From: Balanoglossus misakiensis
Lineage: Eukaryota; Animalia; Hemichordata
NCBI GenBank assembly: GCA_040954595.2
Contig: CM082588.2
Coordinates: 2,936,513-3,000,512 of the forward strand
Reading direction: 5' to 3'
DNA: 64,000 bases
Made by a program: the position numbers and the translations under genes. Below, in pieces: positions 1 through 11,260 of the stretch. The notes under the pieces are model-generated. The model saw nothing but the letters and a program-made list of their open reading frames with translations, searched no databases and was not told the origin of the DNA. Numbering within the stretch: the first letter of the stretch is position 1; each line of letters starts with the position of its first letter.

Positions 1-3000
1 TTGAAGACAGTAATTCTCTGGGTAGTATGCGTGTCTTACTTTACCGATGAAATATATCCTCGTCTAACGCGTAAATTACATTTTATTACAACATTATTGC
101 CACGAGCATACATTATAGACTATCCCAGTACATGTACTTAACCGATGCTACGGAAAAAAATAAGAGCAAAGTTTGACACGTGACCGGCGGGCGTTTGGAT
201 GGCATGGTAAGGTCATTAAGGTGTCTGGCGGACAAGGGCCATCAAATGAACACGACCTTTTAAATTTTCTGACACGGGGACAATTTATTGGTGATTTCCA
301 AGCGGTCCTTCGAAGTCTGGCTGTGAATTAAGGTCACCACCAGCTTCCTTGTTTTTCCTTGACTGCATCACGGTCGGGCGGCTATCGAAAATGACGATAA
401 CAGAGTCATTCGGTTTGGTTAGTAGTAAAAGATGTTGGGAACGTTTTCTCTATCGACTGTATAACTGCCGTCTTGACCTGTTTTCTTTCTGTCTCTCCTT
501 AAATGGTTAGATTTCCCTCGTTCTGTATTATATTAAAACCTCGTCTGATACAGGGCGTTGTTCCTTGAACTTGTAAGGGAGGGAGGGTGGAGAAATATTC
601 AAAATATTCTCTCAAAAGCAATCAGACATGATCAGACCTGACAGTACATTTTTACAAGTACGAAAACGTCGACTTTGTATCTCCACGACCCTTCAAAGCC
701 ATTTTCGCTACTTAGTAGGTTTGTCCAGAATTATCTCTGTTCCAGATAGTCGGTATTGCTCTAAGACAACTAAAGCCACCCCCGTACCCCGACCCTTTTA
801 AATCACACGGGTAATTGATATTCTCAGCTAGCATACAGTATTCATTGTTGGACAATGTATAAAAGATGATCGTCTCGTATCAATTTAAAATCTAATGTAT
901 TAAAACTTCACACGACATAAAAGGGTGTGGCCGCTTCAATGTGACTCCACTTGTGAGAAATCGGTTCCCATGCAGACAGACTCTGACATCTGATGCTTTC
1001 GAAATGTCAGATATATTTGATTCCTTTCTTTGGTCGATTGTGATTAGTTTAATGGCGGTGACGCTGAGACTCACACGTAAGCAGAGTAGACGAGAAAGGT
1101 TACAGGGAGGCACAGAACAGTCGGGTTGTAATACACATAGATTATCTAGCAATTAAATTATCACAATATTCGCAACAACATAAGCTATCAAGAGAAACTC
1201 AAATAACCAAAATTATTTCAGGCGATTTTGTCCTTTTAATAATTGGTATGAGAAGAGACATAATTAATTAGACATTTTATCTCGGAAGACACCACAAATA
1301 TTGAAAGACGTTTATTGATATCACCCCCAAGATGGGGGGTGTTGCCTTTCACGTCGGTAATTTCTCACTGAATAACAACGACCTTCGTTGGGAATACTTT
1401 GACGGGTGTCAGCTCTGAATTTCTGTTGCCGACTGGTTCAGTGAACCGAGGCACTAAACTCTGTGTTATCTGTTGACCTCTGTTAATGATATCTTTCAAT
1501 TTTCTCGGACATTCTTCGAAATCTGCACCTTTACATGTTTACGATAAAATTCCCTGATGTTGGGATGGAAATGTAAATTTGATAATTTTCCATTTTATTT
1601 AAATTTAGTGTCATGTTCCTAATATGACATATTAAACTGTGAATTCTCTGTGCTCCGATGGTGGGCATATCCTGTTGTTTGTCTGCACATGCAGATTACA
1701 ACGTCAACGTACGTCAAATGGTTAATGATACCTGCTCCTATCAGTACATTTACACGTTGAAAAGTAACATCACGAAAATAATGCCAAAAGTGCAGCTTGT
1801 TGGTATGAAAAGCCTTGGCTGTCTTAAGGAGTCACAACATGAGCATTGAATAAAACATTGATGAGGTACATCATGGCCATTTGTCATCTGAAGATGAGAC
1901 CTCGATCGATTCAGTAACAAGAACATGAATACGTTAATCTCTCACTGGGGAGTTGTTGACAAGAACGAACAATTCCGTATATGTACGAGGTTTAAACGTA
2001 TTTCACACCCCATTTATGTGGGTTTACCACTTGACTGGTACTGTACATTTCTTTGTTCGTGTCACGAAACTCAGCAAAAATATAATATTCAATGTCGCCA
2101 TGACAACAAAGTCACACATATGTGGAAACGTTTTCGGGTTGAATTCACACGCCAAATCGTGGAAGTTGGCAATAACTCAAGACCAAGGTTTCGATGGCAA
2201 TAAACACGACTTGAAATACGACATTATATATCCGGTGTAGAAGGGATGGGCGGAACAGAGAATGCTTTACGGAATTCACGACTTTCATTTATCGTTTTAG
2301 TCAGTATTATTTGTGTAATTCTACAAGTAAATAATCTTGATTTCATTCACAATGGATTTCCTTTTAATTCATCAACGAATTCATTGACGAAGAAGACAGA
2401 CTTCAATACTATCACATATTTCATGCGTACTATAAAATCTGATGTTAAATATTATCTGTAAAGCGTATCTGACATACAGGAACAGCTTTTAATCGAAATA
2501 GAATAATAGTTAGTAAATAACTTCAGTCGTAGATTGTGTCAAGGTTTGTTAGCGTTGGCAGAGGTCAGAGATCAGACCGTTTGATAAAAAATATGGTAAT
2601 TGTTTCGACATTGGATTGCCTTCAGGAGAAGTGTGGACGGGTCAAGGTGGCGGAGAGTGTAATGCGTAGCTGGATACGAGATGCTGAGGTTTGAGCTGCG
2701 ATGCTGTATTATTCAAAAAACACCGCCGTCGTGGCAATGGAGATGTTATACGCTTGTATTAATGTATTAATGAGGTGAAATCTAATAATTCTGATTAATC
2801 ATGAAAAATTGACGAATCCAAGGACGGAGAAAGTGTGACAATAATTCGAATTAATATGACAGGAGGAGAGCCATAGAAAATTCAAATTGGATATTTCCAA
2901 ACCTAATTCGATTATAAAAAAAATCATTTGAATGGTGTTGGTTATTCAAGAATGTAATGTGAATGCTACGTGAAGATTCATGCACCTTTCATTACAAAAC

Positions 3001-3868
3001 AAGTCTCATCTTGAATGGAAATATACAGACACGCATGCACGGGTCAGATAGGAACATCTTTCAAAGATGGATCCTTCTTTCTCGTCCGAAAAAGTGTACT
3101 GCAAAACGAATTTTAGACACCAGTCTCCCATTGCCATGGAAGTAAATGTGACACTTTCATGGACAATATGTTTGACAATAAACATGCCATTTTTCTCAGA
3201 TGATACTACATGTACTCAATCTGAACAGCGATGTCAACCAAGCAGTCCACCGGGGGCATCACTCCTAGTCCGAGCCGCAGCCAATTATGTGTCAGTACAG
3301 TTACAGTGACAAGATCTCTCTGGATATAATCACATCTGTACTTGCCAGAGCCGAGTACTTCGGCTGAAATATTTCGAGTGAGGGGGCAGATATTCGTTCT
3401 TTATCTCTCGAGTGCCAGTTGAGTGATAACCACGTCGCGGGAATCTGGGACTCAGGTTCGCAGCTCTGATACCCAGTGAAAAATAACGAGACTGTGAAGC
3501 GGGGTGGTGTGGAACACTAAACGGGAACCGCTGAGATTCCAGTACGGAAGTTTGTCTTTAATTACGCCCAAGGCCTTGCTGCCAGCGCCGTTGATTCACA
3601 AGAGCAGTGACGCAGAGACGGACGCTGTCAGGGGGAGAACCGTTGTAATTGTGATTATTGCAGCGAAACCAGTGAACAGAAGTCCAGATTCGGGCACTAC
3701 GTTTCGCTACCTCACCCGCGGCTGTTTGCCCCACGTAAGGAAGCCAACAAAATCCTAAGATCCAGAGTTGAGTTGTTTTCGACCAACAGTTCGTCCTTGC
3801 CCAAAATTCTGGTAAACAATTTCCGTTCTTATCTAAAAACTTTCTGATATTTTTTGTCCATTTTATAG

Positions 3869-4128
3869 GTTGACTTGATCCGTGTGAACATCAAAGTTTA
3901 TGGGTTCGTGCTAAGGTTTCAGGGATCAGCAGAAAATATGTGACCATCCCATCTTGAACAGAGCGAAGGGTGGCTTTTAGAAGATTAGAAGGAATTTACG
4001 GTCAGCGCTCGCACTTCATGGTTTGAAATCGGAAAGCTTGTTTCAGTGTTTACAATTTGAATTCTTCCACAAAACATTGACGTCCACCTGCTAGCCTAAG
4101 AGAACACTGACGTAATACCAAAAACAAG
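3869..4128 (+). other. Candidate non-coding 5' UTR exon of the class A GPCR
   Basis: Polypyrimidine tract plus AG (tttttgtccattttatag) before 3869 and donor CAAG|GTAAAT after 4128; an acceptor lies directly before the ATG at 5012. Based on splice signals only. Confidence 0.35.
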
Positions 4129-5011
4129 GTAAATATGCGTTTTTGAAGATTACGATGCGTGTTCTGTCATCATGGTTAAATTGCTGTACAGAGCGATTTT
4201 CAATGTTTCACTAATGGGTCTTTGCTTTGAAAGCTACTTATGTCAATTACACGGAACAAAAAGTGATGTTTACCAGTCTGGGTAACAAACACTTCTCGTT
4301 ATGTTTTAATATCACGGGTATTCAAAACCCAGCCTTTCATTGTATAGACGGTCATTTGAGACTTATATTTCCTTACGGCAAAGGATGTTGACCCAGTGAT
4401 GCGATAAGCCTGTTTTGTTGGAGTCGAGATGCAGTGTTGCGTTCACGAAAACACATTCAAAGGTTAAAACTGCGGATTACTGTTTAGCACAGTGGATTAT
4501 GAAGCATATTCATCGAACATGCCTCTCGGCTACGGGGATCACCGAATTGACGCCGCGCAATGAGACATGGACAATTTCACAGACGCTGATTCAGTTTTTT
4601 TAATTTTATTTTTCCCGGCAGATTCTGCAGTGGCGTGATCTGGACGTCGTCTGCGCATACCCTCTACAGTTTCTGTATCGATAACGACCTTCTTGACACC
4701 AAGTCTATCTGTTCGGAGAACTGTCTAGATTTCATTTCTCTTACTTGCTACAGCTTCATTTTCTTCCTGTGTTTAGGATTTTCGTCTAGAGAAGAAAAGA
4801 GACGTAATTTCATCCGTCGGCAGCAAGCACAAAAAGCCCCGCCAACGCCAAACAGTGATGATCTTGTCAAAAAGTCCGCGCCGACGACAATATCAGATTT
4901 ATTGACTTAAAATTTATAGCGTTAATAGCCAGAATGTCTGCAATTGTCCGCGGCATGTTTTAGTATCAACGTCTTTTATCATATATCGTTGCTAAATTGA
5001 GTGTTTTCAGT

Positions 5012-6604
5012 ATGTATTCTAGCGTGCAGAACGACAGTAACTTGACGGCGGCGATCGACGGTTCGTCTCTGACGGTGAACATGACCTTTGGAGTGGGGAT
5101 ACGTCTACTCATAGTCGTGCTGGCGGTCGTCGGTCTCGTGGGCAACGGCCTGGTTCTGGTCGTCTACGGGAAGAAACGGCGCAAGACGTGTCCGCACTAT
5201 TTCATCATGACTCTGGCGGCGAACGATTTCTTCATTTGCGTGGTGATTCTGCCATACTTCTTGTACAGTCACAGCGTGGCCAATTTCACCAACGCCAACG
5301 CCTGTCGGACTTTCACCTACATGTGGTTCGTCAGCATTGCCAACTCGCTGATGATCACCTGGGTGATTGCCGTGGACCGCTACTACGCCATCTGCCGGCC
5401 GCTGGATTTCACCTCCACGCCGAAGAAAGCCAAGATCGTCATCGTGGCGTGCTCCATCGCTTCGCTGTTGTTGGCCATACCTGTTTTCTTCATGTACGGA
5501 ATAAGTTACCGTGATCGGTATGGCGTCTATCTATACATGTGTGACTACGTGTGCGATCCGAAACTGGACCTGATATTTTATCGTGTGTTCTTCGCCCTGT
5601 ACTGCGTCTGCGTAGTCAGTACCTTGGTGCTGTACACGAAGATAATTCTGACAGTGAGATCGAAGACCAAACTGCGGAAACACAACCTCGGATTGCAGAC
5701 CTCTCCGGACAGACGACCAAGTTTGCTGTCCAGCACGAATATGAGCGTTTACTGTAACGGGAAGGGAGGAACTCTGCAAAACGAACGACGGACGAGTAAC
5801 AAAACTTTGACCAAACAGAACCACTTACAACAAGGATTCTCATTCGACAGCACCGACAGTGACCGAGCTGTCCCGAGCCAGGCAGCGCTGGACGATTCGG
5901 ACACCAGTTACGGAGCCGGTTCGGTTCAAGCGCCCGTCGCGAAGAGAGATTCGCTACACCGTGTAAGCACCACGGAAACTTGTCTAGGGCAAGACGAGCA
6001 AGAAACCACGTTTGTCGTCGGCGGTGGCGACGTGAACGCGGCGAGATCCGACAAAGGGCAAGACCAGAACGGAAACAGCGACGAGATTAAATCCGAGGCA
6101 GCGAACGAGGACGCGTCGCCTCGGGCAACGCCGCCGCGGCGAAGTCTCAAGAGGTACAGCCAGGCGTCGAGGCTGTCGTGGGCCGCCGAGTCGCCCAGAC
6201 AAGGATCGACGTCAACAACGAGCGGAGGCTCCCGGCGAGGGAACGTCACCCCGACTGCGAGATCGCCACGCCAGCGGAAAGCACACTCGCTGACCCGTCG
6301 AGCTGGACTCGACAGAACCGTGCTCATGCTGATGCTCGTGACGTTGGTATTTATCGTCTCCTGGATACCAATATTCGTCTTCAGTTTCATCCCAGGTCTC
6401 AACTGGCGCAACTATGACACCTATCCGTCGCCGGTTAAATACCTCGTCTTCCTATACTTCATGAATAATTTACTAAACCCTTTCATCTACAGCTTCGTGA
6501 ATAAGAAATTCCGCCGAAATGTGATTTCTGTGCTCAAGTCTTTCCGTTGCACCGAATGTTTTCACAAAATATCCGGCCAACACGATGCGCGCAATAACAG
6601 GTAA
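5012..6604 (+). CDS. Class A (rhodopsin-like) GPCR, orphan/peptide-receptor-like, single coding exon, very long third intracellular loop
   Basis: ORF 4997-6604 starts at TTG; the first ATG is at 5012, just after a splice-acceptor-like TTTTCAG. Seven hydrophobic segments with class A motifs: GN (VGNGLV), TM2 LAANDF, DRYYAIC, TM4 P, TM6 FIVSWIP, TM7 NPFIY and helix 8 (NKKFR). N-terminal N-glycosylation sequons NDS, NLT, NMT. Confidence 0.95.
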   Translation: MYSSVQNDSNLTAAIDGSSLTVNMTFGVGIRLLIVVLAVVGLVGNGLVLVVYGKKRRKTCPHYFIMTLAANDFFICVVILPYFLYSHSVANFTNANACRTFTYMWFVSIANSLMITWVIAVDRYYAICRPLDFTSTPKKAKIVIVACSIASLLLAIPVFFMYGISYRDRYGVYLYMCDYVCDPKLDLIFYRVFFALYCVCVVSTLVLYTKIILTVRSKTKLRKHNLGLQTSPDRRPSLLSSTNMSVYCNGKGGTLQNERRTSNKTLTKQNHLQQGFSFDSTDSDRAVPSQAALDDSDTSYGAGSVQAPVAKRDSLHRVSTTETCLGQDEQETTFVVGGGDVNAARSDKGQDQNGNSDEIKSEAANEDASPRATPPRRSLKRYSQASRLSWAAESPRQGSTSTTSGGSRRGNVTPTARSPRQRKAHSLTRRAGLDRTVLMLMLVTLVFIVSWIPIFVFSFIPGLNWRNYDTYPSPVKYLVFLYFMNNLLNPFIYSFVNKKFRRNVISVLKSFRCTECFHKISGQHDARNNR

Positions 6605-7419
6605 TTTTTTGAGAGGGCCAATTTGTGTATTTTCATTTTTTTCTCAGTGTGTTGAGATTTATTTATATCAAGTTGAGATTACGTTTTAAATGCATGACTA
6701 GTGGCAAAACTGTTTTGACGTTCACTGTTTTTGTTTATTTAAAAGAACATTCAATGTCATTTTATCATTATACTATGAATGTTAGACGGGTAACGAGAAA
6801 ATTTTCACGGACCAAGCAAACATTTTTGACCGTAATTGGGTGGCTGAAAACAATCCACGTTTCAAAACATCTTCTATCTTATCGAGCTAAGCCTCGACAC
6901 CTCTTGGTTTCGTAACATGTTGTATTTTTTCTGACATTCGATATTCCATTAGCGAAATAGCATGTTTTCATAATATGTTGTCCCTGAACTTAATTGGTCG
7001 GGCGGGTACTGGCCAATAATCTCTCATGACACTTTGAGTGTGGGAACAACATGTAAATTATTAGTGTATTTTTTAAAGATGTTACATATCTATCATGATT
7101 TTGAAACAAAGTGTCCCAAGCATAGATATTAGGTTTTCCACTGAATTATGGTCTTTGTAATTGTCAATAAATGATGTTATTCATCTAAGGCGGGTAGGTG
7201 CGTTTGTCTTACTTTACTGGTGTTATGATAATCAGCTATGCAGGTAGTTTTTCTACTTTCTTAAATACAGGCGAGGTGTTCGCTTGTGGCCTTACAACAT
7301 TTACGCTGGATTGCACTCGAACAGGCAATTCAATATTATTCAGGCAAAGAGCCAGGAAACAATTATTGTCGATACACAGAACAAATTATTGAAATCACCA
7401 CAGTCAACTACTGTCACCT

Positions 7420-7830
7420 GGAACCAGAACTGAGAACCCCACTGACATTGTGACAAGAATAATTTGATGACGCCGGTGCTCGATCTACACCCAACACGCA
7501 TATTCACCGCAAACAAACTCAATAACCTCCTTCCGGAAATTAAATTTACCGTTGAAATTAGTTCAATTCCATTCCTATACCTTCCAGTCGAACCAATCCC
7601 ATTTATCAAGTGTAAATCAAGCAACGTCATACACGCCCTAACCTGTCGCACACGTAGCATGCAGTACATTGGTCAAGACATTTATGCCAAAGGGCCCTTC
7701 CACTATCATTTTACGGCTGGGGTTTCATGTATATTTGAAATATTATAATGGCAGAGTTATTTGAGAAGAATCAAAAGAACCGACATGAACGCTTTGAACT
7801 TGTCGGCCCCACGGCGTTAATGATAAGATT
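7420..7830 (+). mobile_element. Degenerate Penelope-like retroelement fragment (GIY-YIG endonuclease relic)
   Basis: ORF 7464-7748 contains CKSSNVIHALTCRTRSMQYIGQ, which matches the C-x-S-x-N-V-I-Y-x-I-x-C-x-x-C-x-x-Q-Y-I-G-Q/E motif of Penelope-like GIY-YIG domains. The surrounding frame is broken. Confidence 0.7.
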
Positions 7831-10753
7831 CTGGTAACATATGCTTGTTCGATCACCGTGACTCTGCTCGGCCTCGACTTTGAGTGTTATACCTCTTCGC
7901 CGAGAAACATGTCATATTCCGATATGAGCTTGTTTTATTATCATAATTCATAGCTCCTACATAACTCAACATTTGACCCGCAGCTTCCATGCACGGCGTC
8001 ATCTCTGCAATCATATTAACCCGACCCTTCAGATACGATGCGTGACTCAGTAACGATATCTTCATTAGTTTGTGTGCCCGGCTCACTCAGTCGTCCCATC
8101 ATCTGGCGTCGCTCTCTGGCGATAACAGGCTTTTAGGTTCTCAGTCGTTTATTGGGATTTAATAGTCTCAATCCATAACGGTATTTTTGGACCCGTGCTG
8201 TTTCGCACAGCAGCTTTTGATAACGAATTACTTTGATTCGATTGAGCACTGGCGCTATGTCGTTCGTGATGGGCCGAATGGACAATGACACATTGCGGGT
8301 TCTTCGAATCCTGAGCCAATCAGTGTTGCTGTTACACGAGTACTTGGAGGTTAAGAGCGATGACGGCCGTAAGAGACGAAAAATGTTTGCTTAACCTCTC
8401 CGGACGGTGCGTGGGCATATGGGTGTGGTCAGTCGTCGCACCCACACACGGCTATAAAGATTCTCTTTTACAGTTGCCATTAGCCTGCACTCGCCGTCAA
8501 AAACATCCGAGTTTAAAGTCATTCGATCGCCTCACTAAATCCATTCGGTTTTATTACAAACTGACAGCTAAAAGCTATCGGTGTCATCGCGGGCTCCATC
8601 TATTTTGTGCGCGTTTTTCTTCTCGTAGAATTTAAGACCAACTGAGAGTACATATGTTGTGATACCGTCGGTTGATTGGCAGAGATATTGTTCAATCGCC
8701 CGCCTGGCGTGTGGCCCTAAGTCCCGAAGTTTGTGTCCTCTTTTAATGAAACCAGGTGGGAGAAACTAGTGGCGGCAGGCAAATCAAAATGGTTGCTATG
8801 CAACTAGACTAGTGACATCCGCTCGTATTCCAGGGAACAGCAATGTTTGTGAAGACACTGGTGTCTAATCCAGGGACTTGCTCCAGATCGGGGCCCAACA
8901 GCTCGGTCCATAACGTTATCATTCACAGTGCCATGTTTCGTTGATATCAGAGTGGTTCCCATTGTATCGTGATGACTTTTATTCCACTGGTATGTCCATG
9001 CGCGATAACGCTCAACTTAATGTTTCAATTTCGCGATAGGAATATAATACACATTAGAAATAGGTCGCTTAAAAATCGCGAGTCAGTTTGGAAAAGTTAG
9101 TGAACCTTCCTCATCTATGGACGTTTGCAAACGAGGGATCGTCGGAGCTGGCCGATGGGTGGCGTTATCTATTATGTAGCGTCAGTCTCCACTTTTATAC
9201 ATTAGAATGTGCTATTGTCATAATTTGCTCCATATTGTAAGGTTATATTCAATTAATTAATCAAGCCATGTTTAATGCCCTAAGGGATTATTGATGAAGT
9301 GGACACATTCAAATGTGACATTGTAATTGTTGGGATGAAATGATGACGGCCAATCGACGGAACACCAGTGGGGCAACAAAGGCCGTCGATTGTCCCCGTT
9401 TTGATCACAGTGTGTGTACCTGGCGTGACGTGCTGTTACACACATATTATTGTCATGCGACTCAAAGCGAACTACAGAACTGTCGGCACTTAAGGTTGTT
9501 TCGAACAAAACCGCATTCACCACCACAAAGGCTCGTCGTGACTAGAGGACACAAACGTCGCGGAGTGAGTGTGTACATGTGTTTTAGCAACTGCGTGAGT
9601 AAGGACACAGCCTGACATGCGCACTGACATTTATGGGTCACATTTACCTTGCAAAGGTGAGGCTTTGCTTGATTAACGACACTGGTAGGCAGAAGTTGAC
9701 GACATACAATGCGTTACCTCCAAATTCTATAGCTGTTCTGAAAGGTAAGTGGCGCTTGGGTTATATTTTAAACCAGTTGTAAACTTTAGCACTGGTCTTG
9801 TAATCTTTGAAATTTCATGGAATTCTTTCGGGTTTGGAGACAATTTAGTTTTGTTGAAGTTATCGTCACCGTTGTTATATATGAGCTGAGGTATACCATA
9901 TACGACATGTTATGTTTGATTTACAAGTTGTTGACTTCGTGTACACAAAATGGCCGCGACATTCCTTTTCATCAGTCAATTGAATCGTTCCGGACTCGTA
10001 TTGGTCCTTTTTCAATTCTGAAATCTAAACGAGTCTAATTTTGTTCTAGATAGGATAGTTTTAGCATTAAGAGACGCCGAGAATTATAATAAATGCGTCA
10101 TGTGTAAAAGGCTTTCACCTGTGCCGCGGTATACTACTTGGTCTCCGAGTCAGTATCGGCCATAGTTAGAATGTGACACTGACAAAACTATACACAAAAA
10201 CACTCAGTTATTACCATGACACAATATCGCTATACTAAAAAGTCTCTAGGAACACCAGTTGACAAAATAGATAAATCCATTTTCCTGATAACCGACCAAC
10301 GGTGTCGTTCTTTTGGTGACGAAAATTGGCTTGGGTTAACCTGACTACGCTGAAACATTTCCTTCTCAACTCGGATTTTTCTGAAACAATTTACAGTCGA
10401 TTTCGCACTGTCGGTGATCAAACACTGCGATACAGCACTATAAGGCAGTGGTTTCATGTTATTACATGCAAATGTTACAATATTCTATTTAGATCGCGAC
10501 CGTTGCGCAACAGTGAATTCAGTCACTATTGACATATTGTAATCTTCTTTCATATTTGCATTGCAAATATAATACATGACATCAAACACATTCCTATTAT
10601 ACCCTTGTCTATGAAAATCATAATTTATTATGTTTGTAGTTTACTAGTTTGCAAGTACACGTATTAATACCGGACGGAGAAACGGGAAGTAATACCGGGA
10701 AAAGTGTTATATTCATCAACATTTTTCGATTTGTTTGTTATTTACAGATCCGG

Positions 10754-11260
10754 ATGACACTCGTCAAAATGATGAACAGGGTGCTGTCAACTTTGTTCGC
10801 CTGCTGTGCTATTTTCTACCTGGTGTCCGCAAATACCGACTCCGCCGTCACTGATTTGACAGTCACGGCGATAACAACCTCGTCCGCGACAGTGTCCTGG
10901 AGCCTCCCAGCCTCGTCCGAGAACATTACAGAATATGAACTGACGTACCCGCCGTCGGTCGCGATCAAAATCGCCGACACGAACACGACCTCGTACGAAC
11001 TCACCGGGTTACAACACTGGACGTCGTACGACACGTGCGTCACCTCCGTGTTGATCGACGGCAGTTCCGTGGAAACCTGCGTCACTTTTACGACCGCGTA
11101 CGACTCTCTCAACTACTTCGCCATAGCGGCGATAGCCGTGTCCGCGCTTCTCCTGGTCTGCCTCGTAGCATCGGGCGTGTGCGTCGCCCGCTTGGATGCC
11201 AAGGAGGCGGAGAAGCGGGAGAAAGTCAGCCCAGAAATGGTGGACGTCGGTTCTATATAG
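10754..11260 (+). CDS. Small type I membrane protein (168 aa): signal peptide, single fibronectin type III domain, TM helix, short tail
   Basis: ATG at 10754 follows the acceptor TTTACAG. Signal peptide VLSTLFACCAIFYLVSA; FN3 signature LTVTAITTSSATVSWS...ITEYELTY...TSYELTGLQHWTSYDTCVTSV; TM FAIAAIAVSALLLVCLVASGVCVA; charged tail. A candidate upstream UTR-exon donor (AAAG|GTAAGT) lies at about 9744. Confidence 0.88.
   Translation: MTLVKMMNRVLSTLFACCAIFYLVSANTDSAVTDLTVTAITTSSATVSWSLPASSENITEYELTYPPSVAIKIADTNTTSYELTGLQHWTSYDTCVTSVLIDGSSVETCVTFTTAYDSLNYFAIAAIAVSALLLVCLVASGVCVARLDAKEAEKREKVSPEMVDVGSI

Noticed and set aside
1-3800. Short ORFs and small palindromes upstream of the GPCR
   Set aside because: No domain motifs or coherent exon chain; treated as intergenic or upstream regulatory DNA.
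5188-6417. Several ORFs overlapping the class A GPCR in other frames or on the opposite strand
   Set aside because: Shadows of a GC-rich coding sequence, with no recognisable motifs.
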